Shown here: one piece after another, positions 45,304 through 56,500 of the stretch
Position numbering within the stretch: the first letter of the stretch is position 1
Layout: every line of letters starts with the position of its first letter
Assembly (NCBI GenBank): GCA_041178425.1
Contig: JBEGVH010000021.1
Span: 1-64,000, forward strand
Direction of reading: 5' to 3'
Source of the DNA: Pseudomonadota bacterium
Lineage (GTDB): Bacteria > Bdellovibrionota > Bdellovibrionia > Bdellovibrionales > Bdellovibrionaceae
DNA: 64,000 nt
Translations under genes and position numbers: made by a program
Notes under the pieces: model-generated
The model's database searches: none
What the model saw: the letters and a program-made list of their open reading frames with translations, nothing else
Told to the model about the DNA's origin: nothing

Positions 45304-47128
45304 ATGCTGCCTGTTTTCTACGTTCCTCAGCTTCCTCGTAGGAATAACTGAGGGGCACAGCGAGTCGTTTTCCCTCTTTATAGATTCCTTTAACTTCAAA
45401 AAGCTGAAGGTGATCATTTCGACCGTTTCCTTGAATATCTATTGAATACTCGAGCCAAAACTTTTCTTGAGCCAAGTCGGCGATACTCGCACTAATCAAA
45501 AGATCAGTCCCACACTCCTCCGTCCTTGCCTCAATTTTTGTTGCAAGGTTTAGCGTGTCTCCAGCCAAGGTAAACTCAAATTGATGATCACTTTCGAGGG
45601 AACTCTGAATCACGAAGCCTTGATGAAGACCCATCCCAACCAGCAGAGGTTCTTCTTCTCTTGCCAAACGTTTTTCGTTTAATTCAGCAATAGCCCTCCG
45701 CATTTCAAGCGCTGCATCAATAGCCATGGCTCCGTCGTCAGAACTATCTTCATCAGAGCCCCAGGTGACAATGAAGGAATTATTAATAAATTTATCGATG
45801 GCCCCGCCATGACGCCGTACAACTTTGACCAAAATCGAAAAATACTCATTAAGAGAGTTTACTATTTCATCGGTTGGAAGAGATCGATTAATATCGTTCA
45901 AACCCCTGATTGTCGAAACTAGTACGGTGTATTTCTTTTTTGATTTCGAAAACACCGGCTGTAAAACAGAGTCTTCTTCCTGTTCAAAAGTTTGCGGGAG
46001 CGTTGCCAAAAGCTTTTTCTCTTTATCTCTTGCTTTCAAACCCGTTACCATTTCATCAAAGGCCAAAGCGAGATCACCAATTTCGTCTTTATTTTTAACC
46101 CTCACACCGGCCGCAACAGAGAAATCGCCGCTCCCTACTCTCTCGATTAAATCGGTCAATTTTTCGAGGGGCGATACAAAGCCAAGAGAAAGAAGATAAA
46201 TAAGCAATACGCTTCCTGAGAGAACAAGGCCAATAATCATAAGATTTTGTCGAAAGACTTCCACTTCTGGAGCAAATATTCTCGCCTCACTGACCTGGTT
46301 AAAAATAAGTAATCCAAAATTCGTTTTTGCATACGAGCCGTAAAACATTTCACCCGAAAGGGGATCCGCATATCTGAGTTGACCACTGAGTTCCTGATTT
46401 TTGGTTGCAACTTCAAACATCGGGTGACGGCGAAAATCTGTTAAACCCGCAACGACTTTTTCATTTCCGTTGGAAAAGACGTCGCCGTTGTGGTCGAGAA
46501 GAAAAATTTCCCTTTTTTCTTTATGCCGTAGGATTTTCTGAAACTTAGACAACAACACATAGGCGACACCAATCGAGCGACTGTACCCAAGTTCGTCTTT
46601 AACGATCGGATAGGCCACCACCACAAGGGGTAGCTCTTTAAAAAGAAGTACTTTTCGAATTTCTATCTGGCCACGAGCGATTTGATCTATTGATAGCTCG
46701 CTTGCATGCCTTGCTTTATCGATGGCTCCAGCATCAACCCCCAGTAGATCGAGTCGTTCCTTGCGAAAAAACGTATGATTCAACTTGAACTCGCTCGTTG
46801 TTCGTTCGTAAACATCCACAGCAAAAAGATCACTGTCTTGCTCCAGAATGACCTTGACCGACTTATTAGCTTCCACGCTCTCTTCATTTGCTGCCAAGAT
46901 TGCAATAGCCTTCATTTTTTCAAAGAGACCTTGAAGAAGACTATTCACTTCGACGGCCTTCGACGTCGCACTAAGGTTATTCGCTTCGATTTCTCTTTTG
47001 CTGGCAACCCTCTCAAACATTTTTTTATTCTGAAAAATGAGAGGAATAACTCCGATCAGTAAAATAAAGACGGTTGCCGTTAGTAGCTTCACAAAAAAGG
47101 GAAATCGGAGTCCTAACTTAGTAATCAT
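45302..47128 (-). CDS. Membrane class III adenylate/guanylate cyclase-like protein (Cache-like sensor, HAMP) with degenerate active site
   Basis: Two TM helices, HAMP (DEIGDLALAFDEM), and a cyclase fold with STIRG, IDKFINN, GMGLHQG and GDTLNLATKIE. Confidence 0.85.
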   Translation of the reverse strand: MITKLGLRFPFFVKLLTATVFILLIGVIPLIFQNKKMFERVASKREIEANNLSATSKAVEVNSLLQGLFEKMKAIAILAANEESVEANKSVKVILEQDSDLFAVDVYERTTSEFKLNHTFFRKERLDLLGVDAGAIDKARHASELSIDQIARGQIEIRKVLLFKELPLVVVAYPIVKDELGYSRSIGVAYVLLSKFQKILRHKEKREIFLLDHNGDVFSNGNEKVVAGLTDFRRHPMFEVATKNQELSGQLRYADPLSGEMFYGSYAKTNFGLLIFNQVSEARIFAPEVEVFRQNLMIIGLVLSGSVLLIYLLSLGFVSPLEKLTDLIERVGSGDFSVAAGVRVKNKDEIGDLALAFDEMVTGLKARDKEKKLLATLPQTFEQEEDSVLQPVFSKSKKKYTVLVSTIRGLNDINRSLPTDEIVNSLNEYFSILVKVVRRHGGAIDKFINNSFIVTWGSDEDSSDDGAMAIDAALEMRRAIAELNEKRLAREEEPLLVGMGLHQGFVIQSSLESDHQFEFTLAGDTLNLATKIEARTEECGTDLLISASIADLAQEKFWLEYSIDIQGNGRNDHLQLFEVKGIYKEGKRLAVPLSYSYEEAEERRKQAA

Positions 47129-48770
47129 ATTCCACCATGAAATGAAGATAATGGGCCGTTAACTGAGTTTGATTGAAACCCGATTTAAGAGTTGCCGAAT
47201 TATAGCCGGGCGAGCGTACATCATCGCTCGTGAATGTATAACCACCTAGCCATGTCATTTCTTTTGTGAATCGATAGCTCGCTAGGGCTCCAACGGAGAC
47301 ACTTTTTCCGCTGGTCAACTTAACGCCAGCAGCTGTCGTTCCTTGGCCTAGTTCGGTGAGACCAGCATGTAATTGAAGGCCTAACTTACGATCAATGCCA
47401 CGCCAATATTCAAGTCCTATTTTCGGTCCAGCAAAGCGTATTTTTGAGATCGCCAACGATTTTTCACCCGTCGATTCACTGGTAACAGCCACCGCTTGGG
47501 GTATTTCTTTGAACTGATAGCCCAAACTCAATCTGAGCTGATTCACTTCGCCGAAAGGTTGACGATAGAGTACTGAAGTTTCTGCGCTCGTCAGAAGCGT
47601 ATTCTTTCCTGCCAATAAAATTCCGCCAATGCCAGCACCAAAATTAAAACCAAAGGGTTGATCGGCCAGATACTTCGAAGCCTGTCCGCTCGCCGTTCCT
47701 GTAAATGCCTCGAATCGTGGTTTGACGTCTGTTTCGTAGTTAACCCCTTCGTAATGGAGCTTGGTCACCACATAACTAAACCGACTAAACCAATCCTCAG
47801 AGCGATCAATCGCCTTCTGTATTAACGAAATATCTTCTCGCTCCGCTGTGCGTTTGCCATCAAAGACGTCGAACATCAAGACCGCTGGAGTCGACGCTGA
47901 TTGATATTTTGCCAAAGAGCGCAAATTCAACTTATAGCGTCCACCCTTCCACGTCTCTGGAAACTTGATCTTTTCACCCTGTTCATTCCAAACAGGCATG
48001 GAAACCCATTCGTTCTTTTTTGGGTCATAGCGTTCGAACTGAACCTCAACGCTCTTAGTTCCTTTCGTTTTGATATATTCAATTTCGCGGATATAAATAG
48101 TTTCGGGTTTGATAATAACTGGTGGCTCGAGACCTGGGCCCTCGATAGAAAAAAAGAGCATCTGAGAGTCTTTATCTCCGGAGTCTCCTTTTTCATCGAC
48201 GGCCTGCACTGACCATCGATATCCCGCCATTCCGGACACTTCCACTCTCAATGAAGTGCTCGGCAAATCTTTATTTAATATTAGACGCCCCTCTTCATCT
48301 TCTAAGTGAAACAAGTAGGATTTGGCTCCAGACACTGGTTTCCAGCTAAAAAACACCTCGAGTTTATCGGTGACTGTATTAATGATCGTTTCGTGAAACG
48401 GACGAAGAACTTCAACCTTAGCTAAACGAATGACAATATCCATTCGTTCACTCCAGTCTCCCGGAACACCACGATCATCTCTGGCCCTAATTCGCATCCA
48501 ATACTGACCGGGTGAAAGAATCCCCTCCCAGCGATTCTTAGAAATCATCCGTTCGTTTTTTAAGTACTTTTGACTCTCTGGTAGCCCCACTTCTAAATCG
48601 TAGCTCGCGGCTCCACTGATTGGCTCCCAATCGAGAACCACCTTTCGCCCTTCCTCTTGCACCCCACCCGCTGCCAATGAGGGCGAACCCTGAATGCTCG
48701 AAACAATGATCGAAACTAGGAGCGATAAAGAGATTAAATTTTTAAAGGAGTTGAATAATGTTACCATCAT
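47118..48770 (-). CDS. Secreted FN3-repeat protein with C-terminal outer-membrane beta-barrel
   Basis: LDWEPISGAASY, GQYWMRIRA and WKPVSGAKSY motifs. Amphipathic C-terminal strands ending VEYDY. Confidence 0.7.
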   Translation of the reverse strand: MMVTLFNSFKNLISLSLLVSIIVSSIQGSPSLAAGGVQEEGRKVVLDWEPISGAASYDLEVGLPESQKYLKNERMISKNRWEGILSPGQYWMRIRARDDRGVPGDWSERMDIVIRLAKVEVLRPFHETIINTVTDKLEVFFSWKPVSGAKSYLFHLEDEEGRLILNKDLPSTSLRVEVSGMAGYRWSVQAVDEKGDSGDKDSQMLFFSIEGPGLEPPVIIKPETIYIREIEYIKTKGTKSVEVQFERYDPKKNEWVSMPVWNEQGEKIKFPETWKGGRYKLNLRSLAKYQSASTPAVLMFDVFDGKRTAEREDISLIQKAIDRSEDWFSRFSYVVTKLHYEGVNYETDVKPRFEAFTGTASGQASKYLADQPFGFNFGAGIGGILLAGKNTLLTSAETSVLYRQPFGEVNQLRLSLGYQFKEIPQAVAVTSESTGEKSLAISKIRFAGPKIGLEYWRGIDRKLGLQLHAGLTELGQGTTAAGVKLTSGKSVSVGALASYRFTKEMTWLGGYTFTSDDVRSPGYNSATLKSGFNQTQLTAHYLHFMVEYDY

Positions 48771-50521
48771 TCAACCTCCATTTTCTTTAACTTCGGAGCA
48801 CGCAAGGAACTCTTCTCAGGAATCACGAATCGCCCCGAATCCGACGGGTCACCAAGATTACCAGCTTGATCAACGCCATTGACTCGAAAGCTGTAGGTGC
48901 CAGGAAAGAGTTTTTTGAGTTCGATACTGGTGTATCGACTCGCATGACTGAAAATCATTCCATCGGGCGCTCTAATTTCGACATGGTATTCCGCGGCTCC
49001 TTCAACATTTTCCCAGCGCAAATAAACTTTACCACTGGAAGTTGCCTCGGGCTCTGTAGTTACGAGCTTCGGTGAATGTAAGGGCGGTTTCTGGCTCACA
49101 GACAAATGAAGTTCATCAAGGGAGCCAACAGTATCAGAATCCTCATTAAACGCTAAAACTGATACCACATAGGCGCCAGGTTTATCGACTTCAACAATTG
49201 TCTCGGTTGAACGTACCGTTTTGGTCAAAATACGACCGGGACCACCTTCAGCCGGTCGCACTTTCACACGGTAAATTTTATCGGCCGAAGGCGTCGCCGC
49301 CCATTGTAGTTTTAAGAAAGGCTGCTTACCCGAATAAAACTGCTCGATGCCCTCAAAGGTGATCCATTGCATTTTAATTTTTTCAACATCTTTTGACAGA
49401 AATCGAAATGAGTGAGCTTTTGATTTAACAACCCTTCCATCGATGGTGCGGATACCAGTGACTCGCCAGAAATACAGGCCAAACTTGCCTGGTTTGACTT
49501 CAACACTATTGCCGCCAGTTGGTCCACCCGTATAGAGATTATCAGAGAAGGACTCGCTTCGAGAAAACTCGATGTCATACTGAACGAAACTCGGATCACT
49601 GACCCACTTCAAATCAATAGATTCATTCGGATCATCAACTCTCACAGCCCACTCTCCGCTGGGCCCAATCACCGCCGGGGCGAAAACACCTTGAACATTC
49701 AATCGATACGTGGGCGATGTGTAGAGCACTTGCGCCGATGTTTTTTCGATCACCTTCCAACGCCAAAAGTGCTTACCAATAGGAATGGTTACATCGATGA
49801 GTTGAGTCTGGCTTTCGGCGACTCGTTTTTCAGTAAACAAGCGCCGCGATGGTCCCCATTCTAACTCGATCAACCAATCGGGTCGGCTGCCTTCCCACGA
49901 AAACTGATGGGCTTGCGGGAAATCAGGGTTCAGTTCAAAATTGGTGTCGACTGCGGGCGACTTCCAAATAATATTATGAAAGTTCGTTAGAATCTCAGCT
50001 GTTGACGCTAGCGGTTTCACCGCTTCGCTTCCCTGTTTAACGAAGGTCGTCGTCGATTCCGGAACAGCGCAATTGGCCGCGCTCTCATCGGCGACACTAA
50101 TTTTTCGTTCGGGAGTTTTTGAACTGTGAATCTCAATGGGCATAGGTTCGATGGTAAATAGCCCCTCCGTTGTTTTGACCGTGACTAAACCGGAATCAGC
50201 CTCGAGCAGAATGTGTGAGTCGCTTTCTACCGAAATCGCTTTTGCCACCGATGGAATCGCTAATTTCAGATCTCCCTCAGCTCCTGTTTTAATTTCGTCA
50301 AACGGATAAAGTTGGTCTCCTCGCTGAAGAGGTGCCCACATTTTTGAATCTTTTTGTTGGCGGAGATGAAACCCTGAAACGCTTTGAACAAAGCCTATTG
50401 AAGCAATAGACGGCGTATCGCTGAACGACGTTCGAGTGGTGCTTTCATAATAAAGCACGGCCCCAACACCGCTTAGTGTGATCAAAATAGGAAAAATAAA
50501 ACGAGTCATTTTCCTGAACAC
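48767..50521 (-). CDS. FecR-like domain protein with multiple FN3/Ig domains
   Basis: N-terminal TM anchor, WAPLQRGDQLYPFDEIKTG (FecR-like), and FN3-type strands GKHFWRW, GLYFWRV and GTYSFRV. Confidence 0.7.
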   Translation of the reverse strand: MFRKMTRFIFPILITLSGVGAVLYYESTTRTSFSDTPSIASIGFVQSVSGFHLRQQKDSKMWAPLQRGDQLYPFDEIKTGAEGDLKLAIPSVAKAISVESDSHILLEADSGLVTVKTTEGLFTIEPMPIEIHSSKTPERKISVADESAANCAVPESTTTFVKQGSEAVKPLASTAEILTNFHNIIWKSPAVDTNFELNPDFPQAHQFSWEGSRPDWLIELEWGPSRRLFTEKRVAESQTQLIDVTIPIGKHFWRWKVIEKTSAQVLYTSPTYRLNVQGVFAPAVIGPSGEWAVRVDDPNESIDLKWVSDPSFVQYDIEFSRSESFSDNLYTGGPTGGNSVEVKPGKFGLYFWRVTGIRTIDGRVVKSKAHSFRFLSKDVEKIKMQWITFEGIEQFYSGKQPFLKLQWAATPSADKIYRVKVRPAEGGPGRILTKTVRSTETIVEVDKPGAYVVSVLAFNEDSDTVGSLDELHLSVSQKPPLHSPKLVTTEPEATSSGKVYLRWENVEGAAEYHVEIRAPDGMIFSHASRYTSIELKKLFPGTYSFRVNGVDQAGNLGDPSDSGRFVIPEKSSLRAPKLKKMEVE

Positions 50522-50541
50522 TCGATATGCCTCCAGTACTT

Positions 50542-50569
50542 GTATCGGAACAAGACACTGAAAACTTCA
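50542..50569 (-). promoter_or_regulatory. Putative sigma28 promoter of the FecR-like operon
   Basis: TGAAG-N15-TCCGATAC on the minus strand. Confidence 0.55.
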
Positions 50570-50595
50570 CGGACAAATGTCTCAGAATGAGTAAG

Positions 50596-53500
50596 TTAAT
50601 ACTGAAGACCAGGTACTGGTATCAAAGTCGAGGCTGAGGGTCTGTGACTAAAGAGACCCGTGTTGGCACCCCAACACTTGAAGATGCCAGATGCCACCGC
50701 ACAGGTGGAATCATCGCCCAACCATACTTTTGTTACACTAGTAAGAATCGCCGCCGAAGGCGCATTGGCATTGGTTGTGTTATTGGTTCCTAATTGCCCC
50801 GATGAATTTAAACCAAAACACTTTAGTTCATTGCTTGACGTGATTGCGCACACGTGGGCTAGTCCAACGGCAAAGTTCTTGATCGCCAGGTTATTGATCT
50901 TTTTAGGATAGGTGTTGTTCAACACTTTCGAATTACCCAACTGACCTTCAGAACCCTTACCCCAGCACCGCAACGAGTTGTCATCAAACCGCGCGCAGGC
51001 GAACTGATCGCCCGAAGAAATTTGAACAGGCTTAGTTCCCGCAAAAGGGTTAAAGGCCTCCACCGCAACAGTGGAGTCAGTCTCATTGTCATCACCCAAT
51101 TGGCCTTGGGTCCCGGCGCCAGCACACTTAATGACCGTTCCAACAATGGCACACATAAAATCACTGCTGACTGCAAAATCAACCACGTCTTTGTCGTAGA
51201 TCTTTGTGGGCTTTGTGGCCGATGTGGTGTTGCCTAAGCCAAACATTCCATTATTATAGCCCCAACACCACAAACTTCCGTCGGTCTTAAGCATACAGGC
51301 TGTGTTATAGCTATTAGTGCCATCAGTGGTCGTTGCCGATTTTACTTTAGCCACATCGGCAGAGACAAAGGTCGGGGTGGCCGACGCAGTATTTGCCGAC
51401 GATCCATCACCAATGTAGTTTTCTCCCCAACATCGGAGAACGCCACCAGTATCCACATAACATCCGCCTTTTGAGTTGGTCGCAAGATCGGCCACATTAG
51501 TGCTTGGAATCTGAACTGGGTTATTACGTTGACCCAAAGTTCCATCACCCACATAGGTGACGGTAGTGCTTGTAGTAAGACAGCGCACCTTACTATCAGA
51601 AGCGGTAAAGCAATTAAGTTTTCCACTCATCGATACCAAAGAGGGTGTATCTTCTAAAGACTCTTGGGGCACTAACCGACGTTCGTCGGCAAAGAGAGCT
51701 CGTCTCATAGCTGAAGGAGAGTTAACACAAGACACCACTCCCGTCGCCGAAGCACCGCAGGTCATTGTTGAACTTTTCGAAACCTTCGCAGAAAAACGTG
51801 TTTCCACAGGGCTTGTTTTATTACCTGTGCTCGCAAATTCACCATCGTTATAGCCCCAACAAACTGTTTTCGGAGTATCAAGGTCGGCACAAAAACTTCC
51901 GTTGGCGTAGTGGCTCGAATAGATCTTGGTAGCCTTCGCCAACGACCCACTCCCCCAGCTCACAGCAGTGCCGGGTATCGCGTTGCCATTGGTTGTGGTA
52001 CCATTGCCCAATTGTCCATAGGCATTCGATCCCCAACAATACACATCTCCACGATCCGGATTCGTGGAGGTTAGTTTAAGGCCACAGGTTGAATGGTTAT
52101 CAACAGCTAGCATTGCAAAATCAACTGACGATGTGACTAGCTGCGGACTCGCACATGAGCCTGTGCAAGCGCCCCCCCCGAGCCCCAAGGCTCCATAGGT
52201 ATTGCTTCCCCAGCAGTAAAGTTTGGTATTAACGGTGGTCGATGCACACGTGTGGGTAAAACTGGTTGCGACAGCTTTGATCGGATCAGCCGAGCCAAGC
52301 ACAGCCACTGGACTTGTTTGATCGGTTGTCGTTCCGTCTCCCACCTGTCCATTGTTATTTTGGCCCCAGCATTTCAAGCGACGATCACCGAGATAAGTAT
52401 AAATAGCACAAGCACCTGTTCCACTCACCGACAGTTCTTGCACATTGGCTAAAGCTGTTGGATCGGCACCTGACGTTCTCACCGCGGTCGGTGTTCCGGT
52501 GTTTGTCGTAGAACCGATACCAAGTTGCCCGTAGTTATTAGCGCCCCAACACTTTGCCGTATTATCACTAAGAACGGCACAAGTCATATCAGCGGCCGCA
52601 TAGATCTTAGTGGCACCAGAGGCAATCGCTGTTTGAGCCCCGGTCACTGCCGTGGTGGTCCCATTGCCTAATTGTCCGCTGGAATTTGAACCATGGCACA
52701 TCACCTTACCCGAATTCAAGAGCACACAAATATGACTAGTTCCACTGGCGACCATCGTGACAGTCTCCCCTGCACCGAACTCATCATCGTGCACGGCAAC
52801 CAAAGACACCGCAGAGCTCGTACTGATCCCTCCGAGGGTCGTGCTCCTGGCTTGTACAGAAAATAATTTTAATCCAGAGGTCGCACCATCGTCAGTGACG
52901 GTAAACCCAAGAGTCTCTGACGTAACGCCGGAGTTGATCGCCTTGCTCAATGAGGAGAAATTGTACTCAGTAGAAAGAATTCCAGCCAATGGAAACGCTT
53001 TTAAACCAACCGTCAAAGCCTCGCTCGCAGACGCTAGCAAACTCAAAGCAACATTACCAGAACCGCCATTTTCAGTGAGTTCAATCACTGCGTTCGACAA
53101 ACTGACTTGAGGTTTAGCAACCCCATTAACCCGCACATCTGCAAACTGCGTATAACCACTAGGAAGCGTTGTCGTGGCTGCGGCACTAAAAACGTTATTA
53201 ATAGCACCACCGGTAATTGCCGTTAATTCAACGCCATTGAGATCGAGATCAGACGCAGCCACCGTGTACGTAAAGCGAGATTCGCGAGAAGTTGATCGCG
53301 CCGAATCGTAAGTAAAGTCGACCACTGTGGCCGGAGTCGCAAACTGCACGCTAAGAACAGGAGATCCAGTCACCACCACGGGTCGATTCCAGTAAACCAC
53401 AAACTCCACCACATCGTTGAGATAGTAAGTGGCGGCTGGCGGGGGTACGATCTTACTAGCCGTCACAGTGTAATTGAGTTTAATATCTTTATTCGCAGCA

Positions 53501-56500
53501 AGAGAACCCGCACCTCCAGGTGTTGGCAACGTGAGCGAAGCATTATGGTTCAGCGAATCGCGAACCGTCGTAGAGGTAGCGATAAGCGAATTTACATCGA
53601 AATAATCAAGATCGGCACTCATATGACTCGATTCAACCATGTAGTTAAAATGAAGCGTACTCGTACCAGAACCCGATGCATAGGTGGCAAAGGCCTCGAC
53701 ATCGTCATAGAGCTTTAATTTGAGTTTAAGATCAGTGCCAGTGACAGTGACCGGCTCGCTAAAAGTCACCGATACGTTCACGACAGCGCTGGCATTATAC
53801 TCTCCATCGCTGGTCGTTGAGGTCACATTAGTGATCGTGGGGTCAGCCGTATCAAGCGTGTATGTTACCGAGTTTACAGAGCAAGCACTGCTCGTTCCTC
53901 CCGGGCTTACTACCTGCGCATAAAACGTTCTTAAGCCATCACCCGCGAGGTTAAAGCTAACATCTGCATACCCAGAAGAGCCAGCTGTCACTTGCCCCGC
54001 CGAAGTCGAGCAATTCGAATCGGTAAATACTTTTGCCGTCCAATTGTTCATAACGTTATTCACGCGAACCGTGATTGCTGTCTTCGAATCGACCGCCGCT
54101 ATTCCCGAACCCAAAGCAAGAGTTTGAACATGGTTCACGCTGATACTCTTATTATCACCGAGCGAGTTGGCAGCACCAGGAGCTGGAAGCGTCAAATTAG
54201 CATTGGTGCCCAAGGCATTTTTCACTGTGGAGGTGCCGAGAGTCATTGCAGAGGTATCGACATAATCGAGATCGTTACTTAAGTCTCCAGGGCGAACAAA
54301 GTAAGAGAACCGAAGCGTCGCCGTGCCTGAGCCCGAATTATAAGGAGCCGCAACCGTCGTTCCATTTAGATTAAGGTTGAGGGCAAGACTATCTCCTGTC
54401 ACGGTCACAGGGTCAGAGAATGTCACGGAGATATCTATAAGTTCATAAGCCGAATAATTTTTGTTGGTGGAGGAGCTTGTCACATTGGTAATCGTCGGCT
54501 GTGAGGTATTAAGTGTGTAATTGACCGAAGCTTGCGAGCAAGTCGTAGATCCTCCATCAATACCAACAATTTTAGCGTAAAGGGTATAGGCACCATCGCC
54601 AGGGAGGTCCGCCGAAACCGTCGCTTGCCCGAGGCCCGTTGACGTGCCCGTACCCACTAGATTAGTACATGAGACCTCAGTATAGACTTCTGCTTGCTGT
54701 CCGGTCATAACACCCGAAACAACGATGTCCACCGGATCTTTTGTATCGGTGGCTGTGACTCCAGCCGCCAGTGTTAATCCCACGGTAAAATTAACTGCAA
54801 TCGTTTTATTAGCACTCAAAGAATTCGCTGCTCCAGGGACTGGCAAGGTCGTGGTTGCATCGTAACCAAAAAGATCTCTAATAGCTCCAGAACCCAAATT
54901 CAGAGCGGTAGTAGACGAGTATTCGAGATCGTTCGAAAAATCGCCCACACTTGCGGTGTATTGAAAATGTAAGGTATCCGTACCACTGCCCGACACATAG
55001 GGCGCCGCCTGATGAGTTCCGTTAAGATTCATCGATAGCTGCAAGTCCGAGCCGGTCACATAAACAACCTCACCGAAGGTTACAGAAATATCGATTAATT
55101 CTCCGGTGGTATAATAGCCATTGGCTTTTGTGCTTGTAATATTGATCACCGATGGACCACCGGTATCAAGGGTGTAATCGACCGTTGAGACCGAGCAACC
55201 CTTAATCTCAGTATTACTTCCATTAAAAACTCTGGCCCTAAAGGTTCGAAGGCCATCGCCTGTCAGATCAACCTGAACCGTCGCCGTTCCTCCTGAACCG
55301 GCAACAACGCTGCCAGCTTCTATCGAGCAAGCGGTATCAGTATACAATTTTGCCATGTAACCATTCATTACTCCATAAACATTAACATTAACGGGATCTT
55401 CATCGTCGAGGGAATTATATCCCGATGCCAAAGACAATGCGAGAGTATCATTACTAGCAATCGCTTTGTTCGCAGAGAGTGACCCAAGCGTTCCTGGCGC
55501 CGGTAATGTTAAAATAGCCAAATTGCCAACTCCGTCTGTGACTGAAGAGGTTCCCAGCGTGAGCGCGCTGGTTGAGCCATAATCGAGATCGTTGGTAAAA
55601 TCGGCCGCCACAGTGATGTATTGAAAATGCAAGGTGTTAGTTCCAGAACCAGAACTGTACGAGGCCGAGCGAGCGCCCCCGTTGAAGTCGAGAGCGAGCG
55701 CAAGCCCTGTACCTGTAACACTCACCACTTCGTCAAAAGTGATACTCACGTCAATTAAGGTGCCCGTGGAATAAGAACCATCAGCCAATGCACTAGTGAC
55801 GTTTGTTACAATCGGCCGCTGAGTATCAAGCTCGTAGTTCACCGAGGCCGTTGAACAGGCCGTATCGCTATTATCGATGTCTCGAACTTGCGCATAGAAA
55901 GTGCGAGCGCCATCTCCAGTTAAACTCACACTCACCGTCGCTGTGCGATTCCCTGACGACACCGCTTCACCAACTTTATTGGTACACGTTGATTCGGTGT
56001 AAACCTTTGCCGTTGCTCCCGTCATTACGCCACTCACAACGACGTTAACAGGATTATCATTATCTTTGGCATTAACTCCAGGAGCCAGAGTGATACCCAC
56101 GTTTGTATTAATTTTTATATTTTTATTATACCCTAAAGAACCAGCCGCACCCATGGTTGGAAGAGTCAATATGGCGTTGTAACCAGCAGCATCTTTGATG
56201 GTAGCCGTTCGCCGATTAATCGCCGAGGTCGCCGAGTACTCAAGCTCGGTCGTAAAGTCATCCACCGACGGAAAATAATTAAAATGCAAAGTGTCTGTTC
56301 CTGAACCCGAGCTATAAATAGCCGATCGTAAATTGCCATTCAGATTAAGACCAAGGGTCACTCCGGAGCCCACCACCGTCACAGGTTCGGTGAAGGTCAC
56401 AGACACATCGATCAAATCACCAGTTTCAAAATTACCGTCGGCATTGGTGCTAGTGACATTAGCGACAGTCGGACCACCAGTATCAAGACGATAACCAACA

